NCBI GenBank assembly: GCA_050181585.1
Contig: JBFXDA010000022.1
Span: 3,844-67,843, forward strand
DNA from: Reyranellaceae bacterium
Lineage (GTDB): Bacteria; Pseudomonadota; Alphaproteobacteria; Reyranellales; JAQSWP01
Reading direction: 5' to 3'
Length of the DNA: 64,000 nt
Part shown: positions 30,241 to 39,219 of the stretch, piece by piece
Position numbering within the stretch: the first letter of the stretch is position 1
How the letters are laid out: each line of letters starts with the position of its first letter
The notes under the pieces: model-generated
Database searches by the model: none
What the model was told of the DNA's origin: nothing
What the model saw: only the letters and a program-made list of their open reading frames with translations
Program-made: the position numbers and the translations under genes

Positions 30241-30479
30241 TTTTTATTATGTAGTTTCAATATGTCAGGTTAGGTGGGTATTGCTTACACGGCAGTTCCC
30301 CCGCGCTGGTGTAAGCACTGTGTAAGCAGCGCATCACGCCAAATTGCCCACCTTCCCCAAAAATGCCACCGCGCACGGGTGCCCTTGACACGGGACACTC
30401 CCAAAAATGCACTTCACTGAAGGCGGTTACGCGCCAAGGCGGCGGACCCTTCCCTCCAGCCCTGCTACGATGACTTGCA

Positions 30480-32063
30480 ATGGGTCGCGAGGGCAGTGAG
30501 GTGCGCAAAGCCGTCACCCGGTACGCGAGAAGCGGGGACACGATGATTGCCTACCAAGTGGTAGGTCACGGCTCGTTTGACCTCGTCCTGGTACCGGGCT
30601 TTCCGTCTAACCTCGAAGTCCTCTGGGAGGAGCCGAGCTACAGCCGTCTCGCGAAGCGGCTGTCGGCCTTTTCCAGGCTGATCCTGTTCGACCCGCGCGG
30701 AGCAGGTCTGAGCGACGGAGTGGATCCTCGCGCGCTCCCGCATCTGCGCACGAGAGTGGACGACATCCGCGCCGTCATGGACAGCGCCGGTTGCGGCCGG
30801 GCGGCGCTGCTCGGCGCGTCGGACGGGGCGGCCCAGGCCATGCTCTTCGCCGCGACATACCCTGCGCGGGTGCGCGCGCTGGTCCTGCACGGCGGCTATG
30901 CGCGCTTCCAGAACACCCGCATGGATGCGAGACGGCTGCGCGCGAACGTCGCGGCATCCGAAACCTCGTGGGGATCCGGAGCCACCCTTGCACGCCTCGC
31001 TCCGGGCCGGGCCGAAGACTCGAGCTTTGCCGACTGGTGGGGACGCCTCGAGCGCCTATCGGCCAGTCCCTCGGCCGCCGTCGCCCAGGCGCGGATGAAC
31101 GCCGCGATCGATGTCAGGGATGCGCTGGCGGCTGTTGCCGCGCCCACGCTTCTGCTGCACCGGACTGAGGACGCGCATGTCGGCGTGCAAAGCAGCCGGC
31201 AACTGGCGAAGACCCTCAGGACGGCGAAGCTGGTGGAACTGCCGGGTCGTGACCATCCGGTCTGGATCGGCGATGTCGACCGTGTTGCGGATATTGTCGA
31301 GGAGTTCCTGACGGGCGAGCGATCGGTGGCGCATGGCGATCGCGTGCTGGCGGTGCTGCTGGTCGCGCGCATCCTCGACATGTCCGGCGCTGTGGCCGCC
31401 GCCGCGATGGGGCGGCATCTTCAGGAGCGCCTGGAGCTCTTCCGCGAAGCCTTGCCCAGAGTCCTGGCGCGGCACGGCGGATACGGCCAATGGTCGGGCT
31501 TCGACCGGATCAACGCCCGCTTCGACGGCGCGGCCCGTGCGGTGACCTGCGCCATCGCCCTGAGGGAGGCGGCAAGCTCGCTGGGTCTCGCGTTGGCCCA
31601 AGGCATCCATGTCGGCGAGATCGACATGACAGCCGAGCCCCAGGCGGGGCACGCGCTGGACGTCGCCGACCGGATTGCGGCCTCGATCCGTTCCCCCGAC
31701 ATCCTGCTGTCGCGGCTGGCGAGCGAGCTGGTGTCGGGATCGGGGCTGCAATTCTCCGATCGCAGAACCCTTGCGGTCGACGGCCTGCGCGAGCCGCTGC
31801 CCATCGTCGGGCTGGCCAGTGAACGCCATCTGGAGCCGTTGAGCCGCACCGGGGTTCGCCCGGCCGATCTTGGCGTGCTGAGCCCGCGGGAGCGTCAGGT
31901 GCTCGAGCTCGTCGCGGATGGCCTCAGCAACCCGCATATCGCGGTGCAGCTCGGCCTCAGCGAGCACACGGTGAAGCGGCATGTCGCCAACATCCTCCTG
32001 AAGCTAGAGATGCCGACGCGGGCGGCGGCCGCCGGACTGATGGCGCGCCGGTCGGTGCTATGA
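30480..32063 (+). CDS. Alpha/beta hydrolase + degenerate class III cyclase-like + LuxR HTH regulator
   Basis: IAYQVVG, FDPRGAGLSD, GASDG nucleophile elbow, GIHVGEI cyclase-like segment, LSPRERQVL...GLSNPHIA...SEHTVKRHV. Start may be GTG 30501. Confidence 0.85.
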   Translation: MGREGSEVRKAVTRYARSGDTMIAYQVVGHGSFDLVLVPGFPSNLEVLWEEPSYSRLAKRLSAFSRLILFDPRGAGLSDGVDPRALPHLRTRVDDIRAVMDSAGCGRAALLGASDGAAQAMLFAATYPARVRALVLHGGYARFQNTRMDARRLRANVAASETSWGSGATLARLAPGRAEDSSFADWWGRLERLSASPSAAVAQARMNAAIDVRDALAAVAAPTLLLHRTEDAHVGVQSSRQLAKTLRTAKLVELPGRDHPVWIGDVDRVADIVEEFLTGERSVAHGDRVLAVLLVARILDMSGAVAAAAMGRHLQERLELFREALPRVLARHGGYGQWSGFDRINARFDGAARAVTCAIALREAASSLGLALAQGIHVGEIDMTAEPQAGHALDVADRIAASIRSPDILLSRLASELVSGSGLQFSDRRTLAVDGLREPLPIVGLASERHLEPLSRTGVRPADLGVLSPRERQVLELVADGLSNPHIAVQLGLSEHTVKRHVANILLKLEMPTRAAAAGLMARRSVL

Positions 32064-32214
32064 GCGCTGGCCCGATCGGGCCATGAGGGGCATGGCGCTT
32101 TCGGCGGAAGCGGCGGCCGGCGCAAAGGGCTAGGTTCGCTCCAGAAATCGGCGCCGCCTCTGCATAGTCCTCGCGACACAGCGGCCGGCGCCACCCCGCA
32201 GACAGGAGGATATC

Positions 32215-32577
32215 ATGCGTGCCAAGGCAAAGCCCGTGACCGGCGCGGCGATCAAGCGGGCCATCGAAGGCCGCGACGGCCGCGCGCTCGCGTCGTTCTA
32301 CGCCGATCATGCGGTGACACGGATCATCGACCGCAACAACCCGCCGAGCAAGCCGAGGGAGATCAAGGGGCGAGGCGCGATCGCGACGTTCTGGGACGAT
32401 ATCTGCAGCCGCACCATGACGCATCGCGTCGACGTCACGCTCAGCGACAAAGAGCAGATGGCCTTCACCCAGGCCTGCACCTATCCGGATGGCGCGAAGG
32501 TCTTCTGCATCGCGCTGCTCAAGCTGGAGGACGGGCTGATCGTCGACCAGACCGTCGTCCAGGCCTGGGACGAGTAG
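32215..32577 (+). CDS. SnoaL/NTF2-like protein
   Basis: 120 aa, AGGAGG RBS; AIEGRD...FYADHA...GRGAIATFW...LEDGLIV pattern. Confidence 0.75.
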   Translation: MRAKAKPVTGAAIKRAIEGRDGRALASFYADHAVTRIIDRNNPPSKPREIKGRGAIATFWDDICSRTMTHRVDVTLSDKEQMAFTQACTYPDGAKVFCIALLKLEDGLIVDQTVVQAWDE

Positions 32578-32706
32578 TTCCCGACACAGCGAGAGTTTTC
32601 CGGCAATCCAGCGGAACGGTCCGGGCGCCACGCGGCCGCCCGGAGACAGAAGCGGCGTGCCGTGCCGGACGGGCGCACGAAAACTCCAACAGGAAAGGAT
32701 CGAGCC

Positions 32707-33093
32707 ATGCTGGTCGAAAACGCGAAGATGGCGGAGCTGAAGAATTTCGGGACGCCCGACGAGGTGCGCGAATTTCCCAAGGGTCGCCTGGAACTGATCA
32801 AGGTCGGCGGGGCCACGATCGGCCGCGGCGTGTTCGAACCCGGCTGGCGCTGGGCGACGTCGGTGCAGCCGCTCGCCAAGACCAGGAGCTGCGAGGCGCC
32901 CCACTTCCAGTACCACGTGGCGGGCGTGCTGCGGGTGCGGATGGACGACGGCTCGGAATTCGACTGCAAGCCGGGCGATATCTCGCTGCTGCCGAGCGGC
33001 CATGACGCCTGGACGGTCGGCGACGAGCCGGCGGTCGTCGTCGATTTCCAGGGCATGATCGATTACGCGACCGCGGGCCATTCGCACGCCTGA
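32707..33093 (+). CDS. Cupin domain protein
   Basis: FEPGWRW, CEAPHFQY, PSGHDAWTVGDEP motifs. Confidence 0.8.
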   Translation: MLVENAKMAELKNFGTPDEVREFPKGRLELIKVGGATIGRGVFEPGWRWATSVQPLAKTRSCEAPHFQYHVAGVLRVRMDDGSEFDCKPGDISLLPSGHDAWTVGDEPAVVVDFQGMIDYATAGHSHA

Positions 33094-33170
33094 ACCCGCC
33101 GAGACGACGGGGCGGCAGCGCGGCCGATGCCGGTGCCGCCCCCAAAAGACCGGAACCACACGGAGCGCGG

Positions 33171-33770
33171 ATGATGGCCACCTTCTATCACGATGGAAAC
33201 CGCCGGCTGCAGGACCAGTTCGACAGTCGCAGGATCGCCGACCGGCTCGCAGGCTTCGCGCGCGCCGAGTTCAGCGCCGACCACAGGGCCTTCATCGAGA
33301 GCCTGCCCTATTTCTTCCTGGCCACCGCCGACGCCCAAGGGCGGCCGGATTGCTCGTTCAAGGGCGGCATGTCCGGGTTCGTGCGCGTCACCGGCGCGGG
33401 CGAGCTGGCTTTCCCGGATTATGACGGCAACGGCATGTTCAAGAGCCTCGGGAACATCCTCGTCAATCCTGGCGTCGGCCTGCTGTTCATCGCCATGCAT
33501 GGCCGGCCGCAGCGCCTGCGCGTCAACGGGTCGGCGAAGGTGAGCCGCGACGACCCGCTTCTGGCCGAGACGGTGGGCGCCCAGCTCATCGTGCGCGTCG
33601 AGGCGCGGGCGATCTTCGCGAACTGTCCGCGCTACGTGCCGTCGATGCAGATGGTCGAGCCGTCAACGTACACGCCCAGACCCGGCCATGAGCCGCCCGA
33701 ACCGGCATGGAAGAGCTTTCCGGAGCTCAGCGATGCGGTGCCGCCGCGCCGGCCGACCTTCAAGGGATGA
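33171..33770 (+). CDS. Pyridoxamine 5'-phosphate oxidase-like FMN-binding protein
   Basis: FFLATAD...DCSFKGG..GFV, FPDYDGNGMFKSLGNI..NP.VGLLFI, NCPRY motifs. Confidence 0.8.
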   Translation: MMATFYHDGNRRLQDQFDSRRIADRLAGFARAEFSADHRAFIESLPYFFLATADAQGRPDCSFKGGMSGFVRVTGAGELAFPDYDGNGMFKSLGNILVNPGVGLLFIAMHGRPQRLRVNGSAKVSRDDPLLAETVGAQLIVRVEARAIFANCPRYVPSMQMVEPSTYTPRPGHEPPEPAWKSFPELSDAVPPRRPTFKG

Positions 33771-33816
33771 CTTGGCCGCTTCGGGGCGATCCGAGCTAAC
33801 GATAAGGGAGGAAGCG

Positions 33817-35466
33817 ATGCCGGTTTTTTCGAAGGAGCGCGCCGACCGCAGACGGTCATTGGCGCTGCGCTTGGCCGCGCTGGCCTGCGCGGTCGCTGGC
33901 GGCCTCGCTTTGCCCGCCGCGTCGCATGCCGAAGCGCCCTATCTCACCCTCGTCGAAAAGGTGCCGCAGAATCCGAAAGATTTCGCGGGACACTGGACGA
34001 TCAGCGACGGGGCTGCGTCGAACGACAACTGGGGCGGCGGCGAGCATGTGACGCGGCACACATGGTCATCGCCGCCGGCGCAGATGGACGCCTCCGGTTT
34101 CACCATCTCCATGCAGGTCGTCGCCGGCGGCAACAGCGAATGTCGGCGCGTGTATTCGGGGACGGGAATGGCCACCAACGCCTTCGAATTCAGCATCGAT
34201 CCGCCAGGTTTCGACGTGACCGCAGAGTCACCCGCCAATTGCGCCGCCAACAAACCGCTGCCGACGGTCAGCAACGGTGGCTCTGTCACCGTCAGGCCGC
34301 GGCGCCACCTCGGCCACGGACAGATCGTCGAACTTAGGCTCAGCGGCTACTACGGGCCCGCGATGGTCTACCGCTACCGGGTTTCGAATGTCCCACCGGA
34401 AACGACAAACCCTCCGGTGGCGGTGAACCCGCCCGCCGGGCATCCGCCGGCCCAGGGTCGGCTTGCCGCGACGCTCGAATGTCCGGGCTCCATCGTCATC
34501 TCGGCGCTGCCCAGCCTCAACTGCCACATCGTCATAACCTCCTGGCGGCGCAACACGGCCGATCCCGTCGAGGTGATCCTGCCCGAAGCGCTCGACTTCC
34601 ACGGCAATCACGCCAACGGCATCCAGCTCCTGCAGGCGGCCGGCGCGCAGGAAGTGTTCAACTGGAGCGCGCCATATCGGTGGGGCATGTTCGTCTTCGC
34701 CTGCCCGTCGCAGAGCGGCACCGGCGCGAACTGTTTCGGTAGCGTGACGACGCCAGGCGCGCAGTCGGTCCGCATCCTCGTCCGTCAGGGCTCGGACGAG
34801 GTGCCGTTGAGGCTGACCATCAACGCGATTCAGCGACCGGGCACCCAGACCCCGGCCATTTGCGGCTTTACGGTTGGGCCGGCCATCTTCGCCAAATGGA
34901 CCCAGACGGGCGGGCAGGGCGGCGTCCTCGGCTGCGCCACCGGCAACGAGCGGGACGCCAGGCGTTCGCCCAGCGGCGCCGACGCACGGTGGGCACCCTT
35001 CCAGGGCGGGCTGATCGTCCTGCATACGAGCGGACGGCGGGCCGGCTCCGCGTTCGAAGGTCATGGATCCATCGCCGCCCGCTACCTCGGCATGGGTGGG
35101 TCGGGCTCATGGCTGGGCCTCCCCGTCAGCGACGAATACGACATGCCGGGCGGACGCCGCAGCGACTTCGAGTACGGATACATCGCCTGGGATCGCCTGA
35201 CCGGCGGCAGCATCGCCATGCGCGACGGCAGCGGGTCGATCAGCTTCGAGCCGGACACCAACCGCGGCGGAAGCGATTTCGCCAGCTTCCCGGCCATCGG
35301 CGACCGCGCCGAAACCTGCCGCGACGCCTGCGCCGCCGAGAGCACCTGTGCGGCATACACCTATGTTCGCCCCGCAGTGAAGGGACCAAGGGCGATGTGC
35401 TGGCTGAAATCGAGCGTCCCTCCGGCCCGGACCGAAGGATGCTGCATCTCCGGCGTCAAACGTTGA
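33817..35466 (+). CDS. Secreted Cys-rich protein with LGFP-like repeats and a C-terminal PAN/apple domain
   Basis: Signal peptide (ASHA-EAP); GGQGGVLGCATGNE and GGSGSWLGLPVSDE repeats; CRDACAAESTCAAYTYVRP...CWLKS...CISGVK. Confidence 0.7.
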   Translation: MPVFSKERADRRRSLALRLAALACAVAGGLALPAASHAEAPYLTLVEKVPQNPKDFAGHWTISDGAASNDNWGGGEHVTRHTWSSPPAQMDASGFTISMQVVAGGNSECRRVYSGTGMATNAFEFSIDPPGFDVTAESPANCAANKPLPTVSNGGSVTVRPRRHLGHGQIVELRLSGYYGPAMVYRYRVSNVPPETTNPPVAVNPPAGHPPAQGRLAATLECPGSIVISALPSLNCHIVITSWRRNTADPVEVILPEALDFHGNHANGIQLLQAAGAQEVFNWSAPYRWGMFVFACPSQSGTGANCFGSVTTPGAQSVRILVRQGSDEVPLRLTINAIQRPGTQTPAICGFTVGPAIFAKWTQTGGQGGVLGCATGNERDARRSPSGADARWAPFQGGLIVLHTSGRRAGSAFEGHGSIAARYLGMGGSGSWLGLPVSDEYDMPGGRRSDFEYGYIAWDRLTGGSIAMRDGSGSISFEPDTNRGGSDFASFPAIGDRAETCRDACAAESTCAAYTYVRPAVKGPRAMCWLKSSVPPARTEGCCISGVKR

Positions 35467-35555
35467 ACCACGCGCCACGATAAGCGGTTCTTCAGCGGTC
35501 AGCCCGGCTCGACAGGGAAGACCGCTGCCATTTCGCCGACGGACGCGACCGCGCA

Positions 35556-35587
35556 GGTCGAGGGTTCGAATCTCTTCGCCCGCTCCA
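35556..35587 (+). repeat. att site: copy of the tRNA-Gly 3' end
   Basis: GGTCGAGGGTTCGAATCTCTTCGCCCGCTCCA; 31 of 32 bases identical to 30209-30240. Confidence 0.9.
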
Positions 35588-35633
35588 ATTCTCCGAAAAT
35601 TCGAAACGGGAGTTGCGAGCGGCATCGCCGCCG

Positions 35634-36299
35634 TCAGCCTTGTCGCTGGCCGCGCCCTGTCGTTCCGATCGCCGCCATCGCGGCCAGCGCCAGCGCCGCC
35701 AGGCTCCAGAATTCCGGCGCGCCCATGGTCCACAGCGTCAGCAATCCGATGGCGCACCACAGCAACGCGAGCGGCAGCAGCATCCAGCGCGCCCCGCCGC
35801 CGATCGCTGCCGCGACGAAGAGCGTGAAGAGGGCGGTGGCGTCGGGCGAGAAACCGACGATCTCCGCTTCCTGCCAGGCGCGGCCGAACGCCAGGGCCTG
35901 CAGCGGATAGAGAACCGCCACCGCGATGGCGAGGGCTTGCGCGACCGGCGAGGGATGGCGCGACGGCATCGGGCCGGCAAACGCGACGAGGACCAGCACC
36001 GCCGCCTGCACGGCAAAGCCGAGAGCGAACCGATCGGCAGCCCAGTTGATGTCGGCGTAGCTGCGGTGATGGAACAGCCAGGCGGAACTGGCCCAGAGCA
36101 GCGCCGACGCCAGCACAGCAGCGCGTCGCAGCCAGATTCTGCGGCTGCCGGCGAGCAGTGCGGCGGCCAGCGCCAGCGCGATCAGCAGCAGCGGCAGCGG
36201 AAATGTCGCTTCGTTGAGCCGCGCGAACTGGCGGAAATAGGTCTGTGGCGAGAACAGCAGGAAATCGGACAGCCCGTAACTGCCCCACTCGCCCATCAC
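35634..36299 (-). CDS. Integral membrane protein (DUF6064-like)
   Basis: EWGSYGLSDFLLFSPQTY N-terminus, several TM helices, PDATALFTL; overlaps the upstream reductase stop. Confidence 0.65.
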   Translation of the reverse strand: MMGEWGSYGLSDFLLFSPQTYFRQFARLNEATFPLPLLLIALALAAALLAGSRRIWLRRAAVLASALLWASSAWLFHHRSYADINWAADRFALGFAVQAAVLVLVAFAGPMPSRHPSPVAQALAIAVAVLYPLQALAFGRAWQEAEIVGFSPDATALFTLFVAAAIGGGARWMLLPLALLWCAIGLLTLWTMGAPEFWSLAALALAAMAAIGTTGRGQRQG

Positions 36300-37234
36300 A
36301 GCGCTGCGACGTAGTCGACCATGCGCCGGCGCAAGGCCGCATCGGGCAGCGGGCCGGCGGCGGCGGCCATGTTCTCGCGCGCGTGATCGACCCGGCTGGT
36401 GGCGGGAATGGCGCAGGTGACGGCCGGGTGCGAGACGATGAACTTCAGCACGAACTGCGCCCAGCTCGCCGCACCGATCTCCGCCGCCCAGGGCGGCAGC
36501 GTCTTGCCTTCAAGCGCGCGCAGCAGCGCGCCCTCGCGGAACGGCCGGTTGGCCAGCACGGCAATGCCGCGCTCCTGCGCCAGCGGCAGGATGCGGCTTT
36601 CGACCTCGCGGTCGAGGATGTTGTAGGTGACCTGCACGAAATCGAGTTTTTGCGAACGCATGACGCGCTCGAACTCCGCATGCCGGCGGCCTTCGGAGGT
36701 GGTGATGCCGACATGGCGCAGCCGGCCCGCGGCCTGCATCGCCTGCAGGCGCGGCAGGTGCTCGTCCCAGGCGAGAAGATTGTGCACCTGCATCAGGTCG
36801 AATTTCGCCACGCCCCATTTGCGGCGCGACTCCTCGATCTGTGCCGCGCCGCGCTCGGCCGACGATATCCATACCTTCTCGGCCGAGAACGCGTCGCTCG
36901 CACGGCCCAGCTTCTGCAGGCCGTAGCCGATCGTGTCCTGCGAGGAGGCGTACATGGGCGAGGAATCGATCAGCCGCCCGCCGCCCTCGAAGAAGGCCTG
37001 CATCACCGCGGCGCAGGCATCGCGCGCCCTGGCATCGCGGCCGACATTGAAGGTGATCCAGGTGCCCAGCCCGACCAGCGGCAGGGACACGCCACTGGAG
37101 GGAATGGCGCGGGTCAGTGGCGCCGGCTGGGCACGGGCCGGCTGGGCACGGGCCGACAGGGCCGATACGGCGGCGAGGCCGGCCGCTCCCTGCAGCAGGC
37201 CGCGCCGCCCGATGGTGGATCCGTCGCCGGACAT
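36296..37234 (-). CDS. Aldo/keto reductase with a twin-arginine signal
   Basis: GRRGLL Tat-like motif; VGLGTW, IDSSPMY, DLMQVHN, AIPATSRVDHARENM motifs. Confidence 0.85.
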   Translation of the reverse strand: MSGDGSTIGRRGLLQGAAGLAAVSALSARAQPARAQPAPLTRAIPSSGVSLPLVGLGTWITFNVGRDARARDACAAVMQAFFEGGGRLIDSSPMYASSQDTIGYGLQKLGRASDAFSAEKVWISSAERGAAQIEESRRKWGVAKFDLMQVHNLLAWDEHLPRLQAMQAAGRLRHVGITTSEGRRHAEFERVMRSQKLDFVQVTYNILDREVESRILPLAQERGIAVLANRPFREGALLRALEGKTLPPWAAEIGAASWAQFVLKFIVSHPAVTCAIPATSRVDHARENMAAAAGPLPDAALRRRMVDYVAAL

Positions 37235-37340
37235 GCAAGCCTCGCTCGATAGCGGCTACCATTATAGGCCATCGGTATGGCGAAGCCGTGGCAGGAAAGC
37301 AGGACCGGGCGGCGGCTGCCGCCCGGTCCGCGCGTATCCG

Positions 37341-37742
37341 TCAGGCTGCGACGGCGCCGCCCCGGCGCAGGCCCCGGCGCAGGCCGATGAATTGCAGTTC
37401 GGCGAAGACCGCCACGACCAGCGCCTGCGCCACGATGGCGACGATGCCCAGCACGTTGGGCGCGATCAGGCCGGTGAACAGGATGGCGAGGGAGGCGGCG
37501 GCCCAGGCGGCATTGCCGAGAACGACCAGCCACACCAGCGCCGGCACCGGATAGCGCCGCAACGCCAGCAGGAAGGCGGCGAAGGCGATCAGGAACAGGC
37601 CGACATAGAGGACGAAGGACGCCGGCAGGTCGAGCAGCCGCGCGACGAAACCCGATGCCGCCGCCATGACGATGCCCATGGCGCCGCTGGCCAGCGCATC
37701 GAGCAGCAGCGCCCGGCGCAGAAGATTGGGGGTGGCGAACAT
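37341..37742 (-). CDS. Hypothetical membrane protein
   Basis: About four TM helices; AGGGAG RBS. Confidence 0.7.
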   Translation of the reverse strand: MFATPNLLRRALLLDALASGAMGIVMAAASGFVARLLDLPASFVLYVGLFLIAFAAFLLALRRYPVPALVWLVVLGNAAWAAASLAILFTGLIAPNVLGIVAIVAQALVVAVFAELQFIGLRRGLRRGGAVAA

Positions 37743-37775
37743 GATTGATGTCTCCCTTGGCTGGAAAATCGAACG

Positions 37776-38141
37776 TCAGTGGGCGGGAACCTGGTCGAGG
37801 AAGCCGGTCACCGCCTGCAGGCGGCCGTCGCCCGCGACCACGGCGAAGTCGGTGCCCTTGACCACCGCCGCCCCGCCTTGCGGCCCCAGCGCCCAGCCGA
37901 AGCGCAGCCGGTCGCCATGCGCGTCGGGCGCGCCCAGCAGGCTGAAGCGGAAATCGGGGAAGCGCTGCTGCACGCCGGCGATCATCGCGTCGAGCCCGTC
38001 ATGCCCGTCGCCCTGCATCAGCGGGTCGACGTAGCTGGCATCCTCCGTCCAGGTGCGCGCGATCAGCGCCCGGCGGCTGGCGGCATCGGTGTCGTTCCAG
38101 ATCGCGATATAGCGGTCGACCAGATCCTTCGCGTCGCTCAT
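37776..38141 (-). CDS. SnoaL/NTF2-like protein
   Basis: MSDAKDLVDRYIAIWNDTD...YVDPLM...GTDFAV...VTGFLD; GGAGAAGGA RBS. Confidence 0.8.
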   Translation of the reverse strand: MSDAKDLVDRYIAIWNDTDAASRRALIARTWTEDASYVDPLMQGDGHDGLDAMIAGVQQRFPDFRFSLLGAPDAHGDRLRFGWALGPQGGAAVVKGTDFAVVAGDGRLQAVTGFLDQVPAH

Positions 38142-38336
38142 CGTCCTTCTCCTTCGGTTCGGGCATCGTGCGATGCCGGCGGTTCGGTCATCGTGCGATG
38201 CCGAGCCGATGCTGGCGCAAGGAACCGCTTGCGGTCGATTACGCGGCAGGTAAGAAATCCGGAAATCTTTTCCCGCTCGTCCGGCAAGCGACGGCTTGCC
38301 GGACGAGCCGGGCGGCGTGTCGGCAGGGGAGTGGTT

Positions 38337-39110
38337 ATGGACGCGGTATTCGCGGTCGATGGCGGCAAGGTGCAAACCAGCCCGTATGCGGCGGGTCCCT
38401 GGAACCTCACCACGCAGCACGGAGCGGCCGCCACGTGCCTGATGCTGCATGCCGCCGAGCGCCTGCCGACCGCCGCTCCCATGCGCGTGGCCCGCATCAC
38501 CGCCGACCTGATGAAGCCGGTGCCGGTGGCGCCGCTGACGGTCGAAGCCCGCATCGTGCGCGAGGGCCGCAAGCTGCAGCTCTGCGCCGTCGAGCTGCTG
38601 GCCGACGGCGCGGCGGTGGCGCGCGGCTCGGTGCTGAAGCTGCGCCGCGCCGATGTCGGCTACGACCCCGACATCGCCCATCCCGGCATCGACCTGCCCA
38701 TGCCGGAAGACGGCCAGCCGCGCGCCGCCCTCGGCAAGGACAATCCCTTCCTGTCCGGCCTCAGCACGCGGGTGGTGAAGGGCAGTTTCGAGACCACCGG
38801 CCCGGCCGCCTGCTGGTTCCGCGCCGATCGGCCGATCGTCGCCGGCCAGCCGGTCTCGCCCGCCATGCGCGCGGTGATCGCCGGCGATTTCTGCAACGGC
38901 ACCTCGACCGTGCTGCCATTCCGGCACTGGACCTTCCTCAATGCCGACCTGACCATCTCGCTGGCGCGCGATCCGGTCGGCGAGTGGATCCTGCTCGACG
39001 CCGAGACCTGGCTGGGGCCGGACGGCGCGGGCATCGCCTTCGCCCGGCTGGGCGACACGCAGGGCTATTTCGGCCGCGCCATCCAGAGCGTGCTGATGCA
39101 GAGGCGCTGA
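38337..39110 (+). CDS. Acyl-CoA thioesterase family (double hot-dog)
   Basis: GPW...QHG, REGRKLQL, GDFCNG, FLNADLTI..R.PVGEWI motifs. Confidence 0.8.
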   Translation: MDAVFAVDGGKVQTSPYAAGPWNLTTQHGAAATCLMLHAAERLPTAAPMRVARITADLMKPVPVAPLTVEARIVREGRKLQLCAVELLADGAAVARGSVLKLRRADVGYDPDIAHPGIDLPMPEDGQPRAALGKDNPFLSGLSTRVVKGSFETTGPAACWFRADRPIVAGQPVSPAMRAVIAGDFCNGTSTVLPFRHWTFLNADLTISLARDPVGEWILLDAETWLGPDGAGIAFARLGDTQGYFGRAIQSVLMQRR

Positions 39111-39219
39111 CGGCCGCCCGTCGCGACGGCCGGCCGCCGGGTCTTGCAAGAGGCCGGTTCCGTGCAACAATCGCCATAGCCGACCGCCGCCGAAAGAAGC
39201 GGGAAACCGGGGAGGACCG

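Larger units (their letters stand above)
30241..35587. mobile_element. Integrase-less genomic islet at tRNA-Gly
   Basis: Last 32 bp of the tRNA (30209-30240) repeated at 35556-35587 with one mismatch; AT-rich left junction; five same-strand cargo genes. Confidence 0.85.

Noticed and set aside
30050-30241. 63 aa ORF MERAKGFEPST...
   Set aside because: Antisense translation of tRNA-Gly.
37122-37155. 15 bp tandem repeat
   Set aside because: In-frame slippage in the signal-peptide linker (AQPARAQPA); unremarkable.
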